Position numbers and translations under genes: made by a program. Shown here in pieces: positions 1 through 8,769 of a stretch of 64,000 nucleotides of DNA (position 1 is its first letter; the number at the start of each line of letters is the position of its first letter). Source of the DNA: a virus. The DNA lies in IMG/VR virus record IMGVR_UViG_3300047315_000823. One strand, 5' to 3'. The notes below the pieces were generated by a model, which was not told where the DNA came from, ran no database searches, and saw nothing but the letters and a program-made list of their open reading frames with translations.

Positions 1-84
1 CATGCGGGGCTCCAAGTCGGGGTGTCGGATGATGGGCGGGCGGCGGCCCCGGTTCGAGCGGGGCCGCCGTGCTGCGTGAGGCGG

Positions 85-450
85 TCAGGCGATCCACTCG
101 CCCCACCGGCAGCCGGTGCACAGCCACGCGTCGCCCTGACGGTGGTCAGCGATGTGGTTGGAGGCGTGCTCGACGGGGCTGCCGCACTCGGGGCATCCGT
201 CCGGCTTGTCGGCCGGCTCGTCGGCGGACGTGTCCTCGGGGTCGTTGACCGGGTAGTCCCTCACGGTCCGGTAGCCGACGGCCTGGTACTTGGCGAGGAG
301 CCGGTCGACGTCGGTGCGTCCGCCCTCGGAGTCGTCGTGGTCGCCGCCGTCAACGCGGACGCTGTAGCCGTCGGTCCACAGGTCGATGGTGATCTCGTCG
401 CTGCCGCGGGCGAGTTGCCAGGTGTGCTGGACGTGGGTGTCGTCGGTCAT
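85..450 (-). CDS. Hypothetical phage protein with C-terminal Zn ribbon
   Basis: Start MTDDTH after AAGGAG RBS; CPEC...CTGC motif. Confidence 0.7.
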   Translation of the reverse strand: MTDDTHVQHTWQLARGSDEITIDLWTDGYSVRVDGGDHDDSEGGRTDVDRLLAKYQAVGYRTVRDYPVNDPEDTSADEPADKPDGCPECGSPVEHASNHIADHRQGDAWLCTGCRWGEWIA

Positions 451-488
451 GGTCGTCTCCTTGATCGGTGTGGGCCCGTGCTGCGTGG

Positions 489-995
489 TCATGCGGACGG
501 GGCGGCAGCGCGCACGTGCGGCGGGTCGCAGTCCTGGGCGCCCGCGAGACGGCCCGTCGGGCACGGGTAGGGCACGAGGCCGTCACCGCCCGCCGCGGCC
601 GCGTCAGCGTCGATGCAGACGGGGCAGGGGCCCATCGGGGAGTCCTTGTGCAGGTGCCGGATCTGCGTGAGCGCGGCATTCAGCCGGCGGATCTCGGCGA
701 GCAGCGCACGCACGTCCTCGGGGGCGTGGGCGACGAACGCGGCATCCGCCCGGACCTGCACCCAGTCCTCCTCCGCCGTCCACTCGCTGTGCGCCGGGTC
801 GTTGTCGAGGGGCTCGTCCTCGAAGCGGGCGATGGTGCGTCGGGCGCGGTAGCCGCAGCCGGTGTCTTCCAGGTCGGCGGCGATCTCGATGAGGCTGTCG
901 CCGCCGAACGTGTAGACGCCCCACGGTCCGGGGGTGGCGGCGTTGGTGCGGGCTTCGATGTCGTCGAGCTGCTGCTCGGTGAGGGGCTGGGTCAT
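489..995 (-). CDS. Hypothetical phage protein (Ead/Ea22-like N-terminus)
   Basis: LDDIEARTNAATPGPW and ADAAFVAHAPEDVRALLAEIRRL motifs typical of actinophage early genes; GGAG RBS. Confidence 0.7.
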   Translation of the reverse strand: MTQPLTEQQLDDIEARTNAATPGPWGVYTFGGDSLIEIAADLEDTGCGYRARRTIARFEDEPLDNDPAHSEWTAEEDWVQVRADAAFVAHAPEDVRALLAEIRRLNAALTQIRHLHKDSPMGPCPVCIDADAAAAGGDGLVPYPCPTGRLAGAQDCDPPHVRAAAPSA

Positions 996-1077
996 GGTCG
1001 TCTCCGTGTTGGTCAGCGGGTCTGGGTGTGGGTGGGGTCTGTCGGGTGTCCCGTGTCCGGGTAGCCGCGGCAGACGG

Positions 1078-1278
1078 TCAGACAGCGGGCCGCGGTTGGC
1101 CGCAGCAGGCGTCCCGGTTGGCGTACTGGGGTTCCTTGCAGCGCGGGCAGCGCCAGAGGAATCCGGAGCGGATTCCGACGCGGGTGAGCGCGTTCATCTC
1201 GGTCGCGGTCTCGGCGGAGCTCAGAAGTTGAGCGATCGCGGTAGCGCGTGCCTCGCGCTCTTCCTCGTCGATGGTCAT
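1078..1278 (-). CDS. Small hypothetical Zn-finger protein
   Basis: 66 aa, CPRC...CC; co-oriented in the early operon. Confidence 0.55.
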   Translation of the reverse strand: MTIDEEEREARATAIAQLLSSAETATEMNALTRVGIRSGFLWRCPRCKEPQYANRDACCGQPRPAV

Positions 1279-1324
1279 GGTCTTGGCCTGGCCTTTCAGG
1301 GGTGTGGTGGTGCGGGGGTGGGGG

Positions 1325-1657
1325 TCAACGGGCGGAAACGACAGCGGGGTCGTGGAGGCGGGCCTCGGTGGCGAGCCAGGCGGGCCAGGAGTCGAGGCTC
1401 TTGGTGAAGTGCGTCGTCATCTGTCCGCCGAACCCGTCCGGGTTGCGCTCGCCGAAGCGCGTCCATGCGCCGGTCACGGAAGCGGTGACGGATGCGGGCT
1501 TGCCGTCGCGGGCCGGGCTGTAGACGAGTTCGATCAGGTTCGGGACGATGCCGACGCCTGGGGCGAAGGTGCCGTCCATCTCGTCGCCGGTGAGGATCGG
1601 GGCGCCGGTGATGCCGTAGCGGATCTTGGTGCAGTACGGGGTTCGGGTGCTGGTCAT
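1325..1657 (-). CDS. Hypothetical phage protein
   Basis: 110 aa, GGGAG RBS, typical high-GC3 codon use. Confidence 0.65.
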   Translation of the reverse strand: MTSTRTPYCTKIRYGITGAPILTGDEMDGTFAPGVGIVPNLIELVYSPARDGKPASVTASVTGAWTRFGERNPDGFGGQMTTHFTKSLDSWPAWLATEARLHDPAVVSAR

Positions 1658-1768
1658 GGGGTGTTCTCCCGGTGTGAGTGGCGGTGTGGTGTTGGTGCGG
1701 ACCTGTTGTTGGGGTGGCGTGTTGGCAGGTCAGGCGGCGGAGGGGTGGGCGCGGGTCAACGGGCGAGG

Positions 1769-1957
1769 TCAAGCGGCGGGACGTCGTCGGCGGTCAGCGG
1801 CGCGGTGGACTTCGGAGTACGCCGACAGGAGCCGGCTGGTGGCCCACTGGTGTCCGCAGGCGGGGCACTGGTAGCCGTGGACGATCGAGTCGCCGCGACG
1901 TCGTTCGGCGGCCGGGGTTATGCCGCGCTCGCAGCAGTTGGGGCAGGAGTCGGTCAT
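1769..1957 (-). CDS. Small Zn-ribbon protein
   Basis: CPNC...CPAC; ATGA overlap with the dnaB stop. Confidence 0.7.
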   Translation of the reverse strand: MTDSCPNCCERGITPAAERRRGDSIVHGYQCPACGHQWATSRLLSAYSEVHRAADRRRRPAA

Positions 1958-3315
1958 GTCTGCGCCATGTCGACGAAGCGGCTGTAGTGGCCTTGGAACG
2001 CGGTCGTGATGGTCGCGGTGGGGCCGCCGCGGTTCTTGGCGACGATGAAGTCGGCTTCGCCGGCCCGGGGGCTCTCGCGGTCGTAGGCGTCTTCGCGGTG
2101 GAGAAGGATCACCATGTTGGCGTCCTGCTCGATGGCCCCGGATTCCCGAAGGTCGGACAGCAGGGGCTTCTTGTCGGTGCGCTGTTCGGCGCCGCGGTTC
2201 AGCTGCGACATGGCGATCACGGGGACCTGGAGCTCTGCGGCGAGCTTCTTCAGACTTCGGCTGATCTTCGCGACTTCCTGCTGCCGGTTTTCGCTGCGTC
2301 CGGACATCTCGCCCTCCATGAGCTGGAGGTAGTCGATGACGACGAGCCGCAGGTCCCGCTTGCGTTTGATGCGCCGGCAGTGCGATCGGATTTTCGTCAG
2401 CGTCAGTCCGGCGTCGTCGACGATGTCGAGCGGCGCGGCGTTGATCATCGGCCAGGCTTTGGCGAGGCGCGTCCAGTCGTCGTCCGTCATGCCGTTCTGG
2501 CTCTGCAGGTGGTGCAGGGCGACACGCGCCTGAGCGGAGGCGATCTTCATCTTCAGCTCGGTGCGGGACATCTCCAGGCTGAAGAACACGGCCGGCAGTC
2601 CTTCGACGATCGTCGCGTGGCGGACGATGTCGGTGCCGAGCGTGGACTTGCCGATGGCGGGACGCGCGGCGATGACGATCAACTGGCCGGGCTGGAGGCC
2701 GTTGGTCAGCGAGTCGAAGTCCGTGAATCCGGTCTTCACTCCGCGGGCCGGCCCGTTCTTCTGCAGCTCTTCCAGCTGCTCCAGGAAGTCTTCGCCGTCG
2801 GCGCCGATGAGGGTGTCTTCGTCTCCGCGGCTGGTGTCGTCGGCGATGCCGTCGACCTCGGCTCGCAGGTCGTCGAGGAGTTCACCAGTCTCGGCGGTGC
2901 CGTCGGCGATGACGTGCAGGGTGCGGTTGCAGGCGGACTGCAGGTTCCGCAGGACGGCCTTCTCGCGGACGATCTCGGCGTAGTACTCGCCGCTCGTGGC
3001 GCTCGGCACCTGCTGGACGAGGTGGTGCAGGTAGGAGGCGCCTCCTACTCGGCTGAGGTCGCCGGTCTTGGTCAGGTCGTCGGCCAGGACGATCGGGTCG
3101 ACGGGTGCACCGTCGAGGTAGCGGACCACGATCGCGCTGAAGATCGTCTGGTGGGCGGGCCGGTAGAAGTCGGCCGGGTTCTTGATGATCTCGGTGACGT
3201 CGGCGATCGCGTCGCGTGACAGGAGCATCGAGGCGAGGGTGGCCATCTCGGCGGCCAGGTCGTGAGGGGTCCGGGATTCGCGGTGCGGCTCGGGCTCGAA
3301 GTCTTCGTGGGTCAC
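1954..3315 (-). CDS. dnaB: Replicative DNA helicase DnaB
   Basis: AARPAIGKS Walker A, FFSLEMS, VIDYLQL, SQLNR, DLRESGAIEQDA, KNRGGP motifs; GTG start overlaps the upstream stop. Confidence 0.95.
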   Translation of the reverse strand: MTHEDFEPEPHRESRTPHDLAAEMATLASMLLSRDAIADVTEIIKNPADFYRPAHQTIFSAIVVRYLDGAPVDPIVLADDLTKTGDLSRVGGASYLHHLVQQVPSATSGEYYAEIVREKAVLRNLQSACNRTLHVIADGTAETGELLDDLRAEVDGIADDTSRGDEDTLIGADGEDFLEQLEELQKNGPARGVKTGFTDFDSLTNGLQPGQLIVIAARPAIGKSTLGTDIVRHATIVEGLPAVFFSLEMSRTELKMKIASAQARVALHHLQSQNGMTDDDWTRLAKAWPMINAAPLDIVDDAGLTLTKIRSHCRRIKRKRDLRLVVIDYLQLMEGEMSGRSENRQQEVAKISRSLKKLAAELQVPVIAMSQLNRGAEQRTDKKPLLSDLRESGAIEQDANMVILLHREDAYDRESPRAGEADFIVAKNRGGPTATITTAFQGHYSRFVDMAQT

Positions 3316-3893
3316 TGGGTGTTGCCCTTCCTGCGGTCGGCGCCGGTGAAGCGGGCGACGGTGGCGCCGTCGCCGATGCGTGAGGCGGCGCGGTCGCCGA
3401 GGACGTTGCGGAGTTCGCCGGTCGTCAGGTTCGTTGCGATGACGGTCGGCCGGCGGTTCTGCCAGCGGCTGTCGATGAGTTCGCTGATGGCGTCGGCTGT
3501 CCAGTCGTTGACGGCGCGGGCCCCGAGGTCGTCGATGGCGTACAGGTCCGCCTCGCGCCATCGGGTGAGCGCCTCGTGGTCGACGGGCCGGTCGGTGGCG
3601 ACCTTGACGTCGTAGGTGGTGGCGATGCGGAACAGGCCCTGCCAGCCGCGGCGGAGGAGGGTTTCGTTGAGCTTCCACAGGTGCCACGTCTTGGTGGTGC
3701 CGATCTCGCCGGTGAGGATGAGTGATCCGTGGCGGCCGGCCAGGTAGCCGTCCATCCAGGTGCGGACGTCGGCCCGGAGCTGACCGGGTTCTTCGAAGGC
3801 GGCGGGGCGGCGGTCGAGGAAGGCTTGGAGGCGGTTGGCGACGGCTTCGGCTTGGGCCTCGGCTCGCCAGGCGTCGTGGTCGGTGGTGGTCAT
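3312..3893 (-). CDS. DnaC/IstB-like helicase loader ATPase
   Basis: GEIGTTKT (variant Walker A), YAIDDLG Walker B, LIDSRWQNRRPTVIATNL, LGDRAASRI. Confidence 0.85.
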   Translation of the reverse strand: MTTTDHDAWRAEAQAEAVANRLQAFLDRRPAAFEEPGQLRADVRTWMDGYLAGRHGSLILTGEIGTTKTWHLWKLNETLLRRGWQGLFRIATTYDVKVATDRPVDHEALTRWREADLYAIDDLGARAVNDWTADAISELIDSRWQNRRPTVIATNLTTGELRNVLGDRAASRIGDGATVARFTGADRRKGNTQ

Positions 3894-4960
3894 GATGCGA
3901 ACAGGTCCTCGACTTTCGAGTTGGTGTAGTCGTCTGCGGTGTGGGAGTCGACGCGGGAGCCGGTGCCTCCGACAGAGCGCAACTGGGGGCGGGTGGCGCG
4001 TTCGGATGCCCGCTTGGCGGAGTCGGCGATCCACTTCTGCCAGGCGTCGTGCCAGTTGCGCTTGCGGCGGCCCTCGCTGCGCCAGTAGCGAATGAACTGC
4101 TGGGTCTCGAAGTCGGGGTCGAGGGCGGGGTAGGTGGCGTGGGCCCAGCGACGTTCCACGTCGGTGATTGCGAAGTCGTCGGGGATCTCGTGGAGGGAGG
4201 TCCGGCTGTCAGGCCGGGAGGCGGGTTGCGACTCCTGCCGCTGCTGGTCGAATCGACCGCTTCCCCCCACACCCCCCTCTCCCTTGCTCCCTTGCTCCCT
4301 TGCTCCCTTGCTCCCTTGCTCAGGGACGAAATGCTCCGGAGCGTTTCCGGAGGAGTTCGGGAGAGATTCGGGAGCGTCGTCGTACCAGGCGTGAGCTGGG
4401 GTTTCTTCACCCTCGTCGGGCTCGACCGTGTCATCCGAGGCAGGTGCCGGTTCGGCATGTCCATGCCCGCCGCCGGGGGCCTCGGAAGGGCCTCCGGAGA
4501 GGCTTCCGGAGGGTCCTGCGGAGGGCTCGGGGATCTTCGCGAAGGACTCGCGAGACTTTCGCGAGCGATTCCGGAGGCGCTGAGGATTGGCCTCGCGCCA
4601 CCTCTTGAAGTCCTCCGGCTCGTCCTCCGGGCAGGGCGGGATCTTCGACCTGGTGGGGTGCGACGGCTTCTGGTGCTCACGCCAGTTCGGGGCGTGCAGG
4701 AAGCGGCGGCCGTCGACCTCGTAGCGGCACAGCGGGCCGGCCTCGGCGATGGTCTCCAGCCAGCCGTCGACGACCTCGGGGGTGACGTCGCGGTCGCGGG
4801 GAAAGCAGTCGGAGGCGATGAGGAGTTCGTCGTCGACTCCGCGCCCGTAGTCGTCGAGGTAGCCCCAGATCAGGATGAAGAAGTAGCGGACCTCGCGCGG
4901 CCACAGGGACACGGTGATGGAGGTGCGGAGTTCGGGCTTGATGGAGCGGATGCGGGCCAT
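3890..4960 (-). CDS. Phage replication initiator protein
   Basis: MARIRSIKPE N-terminus, low-complexity middle carrying DNA repeats, C-terminal F..YW...W..AW..W helical domain; directly upstream of loader and helicase. Confidence 0.8.
   Translation of the reverse strand: MARIRSIKPELRTSITVSLWPREVRYFFILIWGYLDDYGRGVDDELLIASDCFPRDRDVTPEVVDGWLETIAEAGPLCRYEVDGRRFLHAPNWREHQKPSHPTRSKIPPCPEDEPEDFKRWREANPQRLRNRSRKSRESFAKIPEPSAGPSGSLSGGPSEAPGGGHGHAEPAPASDDTVEPDEGEETPAHAWYDDAPESLPNSSGNAPEHFVPEQGSKGAREQGSKGEGGVGGSGRFDQQRQESQPASRPDSRTSLHEIPDDFAITDVERRWAHATYPALDPDFETQQFIRYWRSEGRRKRNWHDAWQKWIADSAKRASERATRPQLRSVGGTGSRVDSHTADDYTNSKVEDLFAS
4279..4378. repeat. Tandem repeats inside the initiator gene (candidate origin iterons)
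   Basis: (CTCCCTTG)x5 at 4279-4318, then four 11-bp imperfect repeats TC(C/G)GGAG.... at 4335-4378; similar 11-12-bp units near 4481-4531. Confidence 0.75.
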
Positions 4961-6258
4961 CAGTTCTCACCGCCAGCAAGCGGCTTGGCTGCGGCGAGGA
5001 GGGCCGAGAACTGCCGTGGCACGTTCCAGTAGAGGTCGGCTTCCTGTGCGGCGCCGGCCCCAACCGCAGCCGCGTTGGCATCGAAGATGAGGTAGCCGCC
5101 CTCATCTGTCAGCCGGTCAAGCTGTGCCCTGAACTTGTGTCGTTCCTCTTCGGTTGGCCATCGAGCCGCCGTGGCGACGAAGGCCAACGCCCAGAAGTCC
5201 TCAGCGGTTTGCCGCTTGGCGTTGATGCCTGCGAGCTTCAGGTGGTCGTCGGAGATTCCGAAGTGGGGTACGCAAGAGAGGGCGAAGCCGGCCACGGCCG
5301 ATGCTGTGGCCAGGACGAGGTTGCTTGCCCCAGCCTTCCGCAGAGCCTGTCGATGAGCCTCGTAGGTGGCCGACTGCGCTTCCGTCGGGTGCTTCCCGGA
5401 AGCTGCGCTCCAGGCGAACTCCCACCGCATGACCTCAACGTGGTCTTCGTCAGCCATGGCGCGAGCGAGTCCGCCGTCGATACTGAACTCGCCAAACCAG
5501 GCTGCGTACTTGATGCCCTTGAGGACCTCCTCCTCGTCGAGTTCGGTCTCAGCGACTTCGATTACGTGCGCTCGCAGTTCGGCTTCCTGCTCGGCAGTGA
5601 GTCCCTGATCTGCCTCGCGGCGCCACACCTCGACCACGAGGTCGGCAAGGGCTGCCGGGATCGGGGCGGTGCTCTCTGTGGAGTTGCGGCCACCGACGAG
5701 GCGGCGCGCTTCGACCTGCAGTTCGGTGACCTTGTTCCAGGCGATGCCGCAGCAGTACTTGAACTTGTTGGCCTGGAGGACTTTGTCGTACCCCATGGCG
5801 GTGTCGACGATCTCGCCCCACACCCACGACGGAAGGCCAGCGACACGGAAGCGCTCGATGCTGGGCTTCCAGTCGCCCGGGAGTCCGACCGTCTTCCGCT
5901 TCTTGCCCTCGCCGACACCCCAGCGGTTCCATTCCGCGAGGAAGGCTTCCCTGTAGGCGTCCTTCGGCTTCTCTTGTTCGAGCAGGACTTCCGCGGCTCG
6001 CGTCATGGCTGCGGCCCACCGGAGGGCGTCGTTCGAGACGTCGGCTACGTGGGTAGCGTCGGGGCTGCTTGAGCTCTTTCCGCTGTTGCAGGGCTCGCAG
6101 CTGGTGACGAGGTTGCCGGGCGTATCGGTGCCGCCGAGCGCGACCGGGGTGACGTGATCGACGCGCAACGGGACGTCGGGGGCAGTGGCGCCGCAGTAGC
6201 GGCACGTGTGGTTGTCCCGGCGGAGGATCTCGTACCGGAGTCGTTTGGAGACGGCCAT
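4960..6258 (-). CDS. HNH endonuclease with long repetitive helical C-terminal region
   Basis: RRDNHTCRYCG...VDHVTPVALGGTD...NLVTSCEPCNSGK; TGATG overlap with the initiator start. Confidence 0.85.
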   Translation of the reverse strand: MAVSKRLRYEILRRDNHTCRYCGATAPDVPLRVDHVTPVALGGTDTPGNLVTSCEPCNSGKSSSSPDATHVADVSNDALRWAAAMTRAAEVLLEQEKPKDAYREAFLAEWNRWGVGEGKKRKTVGLPGDWKPSIERFRVAGLPSWVWGEIVDTAMGYDKVLQANKFKYCCGIAWNKVTELQVEARRLVGGRNSTESTAPIPAALADLVVEVWRREADQGLTAEQEAELRAHVIEVAETELDEEEVLKGIKYAAWFGEFSIDGGLARAMADEDHVEVMRWEFAWSAASGKHPTEAQSATYEAHRQALRKAGASNLVLATASAVAGFALSCVPHFGISDDHLKLAGINAKRQTAEDFWALAFVATAARWPTEEERHKFRAQLDRLTDEGGYLIFDANAAAVGAGAAQEADLYWNVPRQFSALLAAAKPLAGGEN

Positions 6259-6348
6259 TTGTCCCTCGATCTGGAAGAGCAATGTCGATTGCGCATGGCA
6301 ATTCGGGCTGGCATTTCCGGAGCAATTCGTCCGGAGGTTCACAGCTTC

Positions 6349-6402
6349 ATGTACATCATAGCGTTCACCGCGCTCATGTACATCATGGTCGTGAGGTACA
6401 CT
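6349..6402 (+). promoter_or_regulatory. Two ATGTACAT palindromes (Phd/YefM-type operators) and a -10 box TACACT
   Basis: CATGTACATCAT at 6348-6359 and 6375-6386; TACACT at 6397-6402, 6 nt before the ATG at 6409. Confidence 0.7.
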
Positions 6403-6408
6403 CCCGAC

Positions 6409-6624
6409 ATGAGCGCGGAGAAGACGGAGCACCAGAAGCCCATCGCCGAGGTCCGCAACTCCCTCGCCGAGGCGATCGAGCGGGCCCGCTACTACGACGA
6501 GACGACCGTCCTGACCAGCCGCAGCAAGCGCGTGGCCGTCATCGTCGGCATGGACTTCTACGAGCGCGCGCTTGAGGCCCTCGGCGAGGAACGCGTCCTC
6601 GCCGACGCCGCAGACTCCGACTGA
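6409..6624 (+). CDS. Phd/YefM-family antitoxin-like protein (orphan)
   Basis: PIAEVRNSLAEAIERARYYDETTVLTSRSKRVAVIVGMDFYE matches the Phd/YefM pattern; leaderless start. Confidence 0.8.
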   Translation: MSAEKTEHQKPIAEVRNSLAEAIERARYYDETTVLTSRSKRVAVIVGMDFYERALEALGEERVLADAADSD

Positions 6625-6646
6625 CGTCACGTCCCCTCCTCCTCCG

Positions 6647-6666
6647 GCCCCGCCTCGGCGGGGCTT
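6647..6666. terminator. Hairpin between convergent genes
   Basis: GCCCCGCC-TC-GGCGGGGC followed by TT. Confidence 0.6.
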
Positions 6667-6679
6667 CGTCATGTCCGGG

Positions 6680-7027
6680 CTAGGCGGCTTGGCGGCGGCT
6701 GCGGGCGTAGTAGACGGACTGCCTGGTGACGCCGAGCCGGGAGGCGGTGATCCGGGCCGGTACGCCCCGCTGGTCACACAGCGCGTAGGCGGCGCGTCGT
6801 TCGATCCACGTGAGACTGGCGGGCTGGTCTCCTGACGCGGCCCGTTCGATGGCGACTTCGTCGGGCTCGGGTAGTGCCCAGGTCCAGTTGTCTCCGTTAG
6901 CCCGTCGTTTGGCGCGGGCGCGGTGGACGGTGCGCGGGGTGCAGTCGAGGATCGCGGCGATGGCTTGGGCGGAGAGCCCCTGCCGGTCGTATTTGGCGAT
7001 GGCGGCGTGCCGCTCGGCGGGGGTCAC
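6680..7027 (-). CDS. Tandem HTH DNA-binding protein
   Basis: GLSAQAIAAILDCTPRTVHR and ITASRLGVTRQSV; GTG start overlapping the upstream stop. Confidence 0.75.
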   Translation of the reverse strand: MTPAERHAAIAKYDRQGLSAQAIAAILDCTPRTVHRARAKRRANGDNWTWALPEPDEVAIERAASGDQPASLTWIERRAAYALCDQRGVPARITASRLGVTRQSVYYARSRRQAA

Positions 7028-7464
7028 GCGACCACCTCGTTGCGGCTGCCGGTGAGCCGGTAGCGGCGGTCTGCTGCGGCGTTGGCGGCTCTGCAGACTT
7101 CGCAGCGCTCGCCGGCCTTGAGGTGGCGGCGGTACATGCGGGGTTCGCCGCAGACCGGTTCGGGCCGGGGTGTGCGGGTGCGGCTTCGGGGGTGACCTCC
7201 GCCGGGCTTCCAGCCGTTGTCTTTCCAGCCCTGGACGGTGGAGTGGTCGGATCCGACCTGCTGGCTGATGGCCTTGAGCGCGACGCCGCGACTGTCGAGG
7301 ATGCGCGCGGCGTAGATCTTTTCGGCGAGGGTGAGCTGCACGGGTTCGCCGTTGAGCGCACACTCGATGGCGATCAAGTCGAGGTCGTTGTGCGGGTCGT
7401 AGGTGCTGGTGGTGGAGACGTAGAGGCGCTCGCGGGTGCCGGCGCCGACGCGATGCCCGTTCAT
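7024..7464 (-). CDS. HTH / Zn-binding phage protein
   Basis: HTH-like LKAISQQVGSDHSTVQGW; CG...YRRHLKAGERCEVCRAANA. Confidence 0.7.
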   Translation of the reverse strand: MNGHRVGAGTRERLYVSTTSTYDPHNDLDLIAIECALNGEPVQLTLAEKIYAARILDSRGVALKAISQQVGSDHSTVQGWKDNGWKPGGGHPRSRTRTPRPEPVCGEPRMYRRHLKAGERCEVCRAANAAADRRYRLTGSRNEVVA

Positions 7465-8435
7465 GCCGCCACCGCCTCGGTCGTCTCGGGGTGGCGGATC
7501 AGTTCCTGCTGGAGGTGCTGGCGGGTGATGCCGAGTCGTTCGGCTGCCTGTTCGTAGTCGAGTCCGCTGACGTGCATGAGTTCGCGGGCGTCGTGGGCGA
7601 TGGCGGCGCCGCGGTTCGAGGCGGCGGCCTTGGCTTTGCCGAATTCCGCCCACCGGTCCTTGTGGCTGAGGTGGGCGCGGTCGTTCTTCCACTGCTGGTG
7701 GGCGGCGTTGCAGGCCAGGCAGACGGGGATGTTGTTGACGCTGTGGAGCCACCAACCGCGGTCGGTGCCGCAGCAGCCGGTCCAGTCGGGCATGGCGGCC
7801 GGGTCGTCGATGTCGTCCCAGGCTCCGGGCGGCGCCCAGCCGTTGGCGAGGGCGTGCCTCTTGGTGATGGTGGCGCTGCATCCGGGGGGTGCCGGTGTCT
7901 GGTGGAGCTCGGCGAAGGTCCGGACGATTTTCACGGCCAGGAAGTGGCGGACGGTGGGCTGCGCTCCCGATGCGATGAGCTGGATGCGGGCCTCAGCACT
8001 GCCGGCCTTTTCGGCGATGACCCTTGCGGACCAGCCGATGGCGCGAAGAGCCTGGATGCGACGGCGCGTGCCGGTGACGTCGACGTATTTGCCGGGTGCG
8101 GATTGCTCGACCTGCACGGCGAGGATCTGGTTGAGGGTGCTGCGGCGGATCTGCTTGCGGCGCCCGTCGGCGATATAGCGAAGGTTGTCTGCCTGGCATC
8201 CGGTGGCCGCACAGATCTGCGCCCCGGTCATGGTCAGTTGGAGGAGCTGGAGTCGCTCGCGGGCTGGAGTCGCATCGACGAGTGCGGGCTGGCCGAGTTG
8301 CCGGTTGACGTTGTACTTCTTGCGTCCGCGGCGCACGGCTTTTCGGCAGGGGCCGCAGTAGCAGGGTTCGCGGTAGCCAGGGGCGCCGTTACCGCGGGCG
8401 TAGGTGCCGTGCTCCGGAAGAGACTTGGTGTTCAT
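7461..8435 (-). CDS. Multi-HTH / Zn-finger phage regulator
   Basis: HGT...CYCGPC, TRRRIQALRAIGWS, C-terminal EQAAERLGITRQHL. Confidence 0.7.
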   Translation of the reverse strand: MNTKSLPEHGTYARGNGAPGYREPCYCGPCRKAVRRGRKKYNVNRQLGQPALVDATPARERLQLLQLTMTGAQICAATGCQADNLRYIADGRRKQIRRSTLNQILAVQVEQSAPGKYVDVTGTRRRIQALRAIGWSARVIAEKAGSAEARIQLIASGAQPTVRHFLAVKIVRTFAELHQTPAPPGCSATITKRHALANGWAPPGAWDDIDDPAAMPDWTGCCGTDRGWWLHSVNNIPVCLACNAAHQQWKNDRAHLSHKDRWAEFGKAKAAASNRGAAIAHDARELMHVSGLDYEQAAERLGITRQHLQQELIRHPETTEAVAA

Positions 8436-8647
8436 GGCTTCTCCTTCCGGTGGTTGTCGGGGTCGTTGGCGAAGAGTTCGATCTGGTGGATGGCGCGGGC
8501 TTCCGCGCGCCGCTCCCGCCGCCGTTCCACCTGCTGGCTGATGGCGTTGAGTCCGCACCAGACGGCGACGAAGGTCGCTGGGGCGAGTACGACGGGGACC
8601 GGGTGGTCGGCGATCAGGTTGATCACCCAGTCGGCGATGGGGCTCAC
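8432..8647 (-). CDS. Small membrane protein
   Basis: Hydrophobic PVVLAPATFVAVWCGL; overlaps both neighbours. Confidence 0.55.
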   Translation of the reverse strand: MSPIADWVINLIADHPVPVVLAPATFVAVWCGLNAISQQVERRRERRAEARAIHQIELFANDPDNHRKEKP

Positions 8648-8769
8648 GTCCGCCTCCCGCGCGCCTCGACGAGGCAGGTCACGGCTGCGGTCATGGCGCC
8701 GACGACGGCACCAGCGGCGATCAGGGCCAGGTACAGGCGGGTGAGGGGCTGGTGCTCCAGGCGGGCCAT
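8644..8769 (-). CDS. 41-aa single-TM peptide
   Basis: LYLALIAAGAVVGAMTAAVTCLV; TGATG overlap with the upstream gene. Confidence 0.5.
   Translation of the reverse strand: MARLEHQPLTRLYLALIAAGAVVGAMTAAVTCLVEARGRRT

Noticed and set aside
3700-3730. Degenerate Walker A (GEIGTTKT) as a sign of loader inactivation
   Set aside because: The catalytic Lys-Thr and Walker B are intact, and a single substitution is not enough evidence
4279-4321. Short repeats as a CRISPR array (also 19719-19754 and 58891-59555)
   Set aside because: No unique spacers, wrong unit lengths, no cas genes; explained as iterons, att sites and coding repeats
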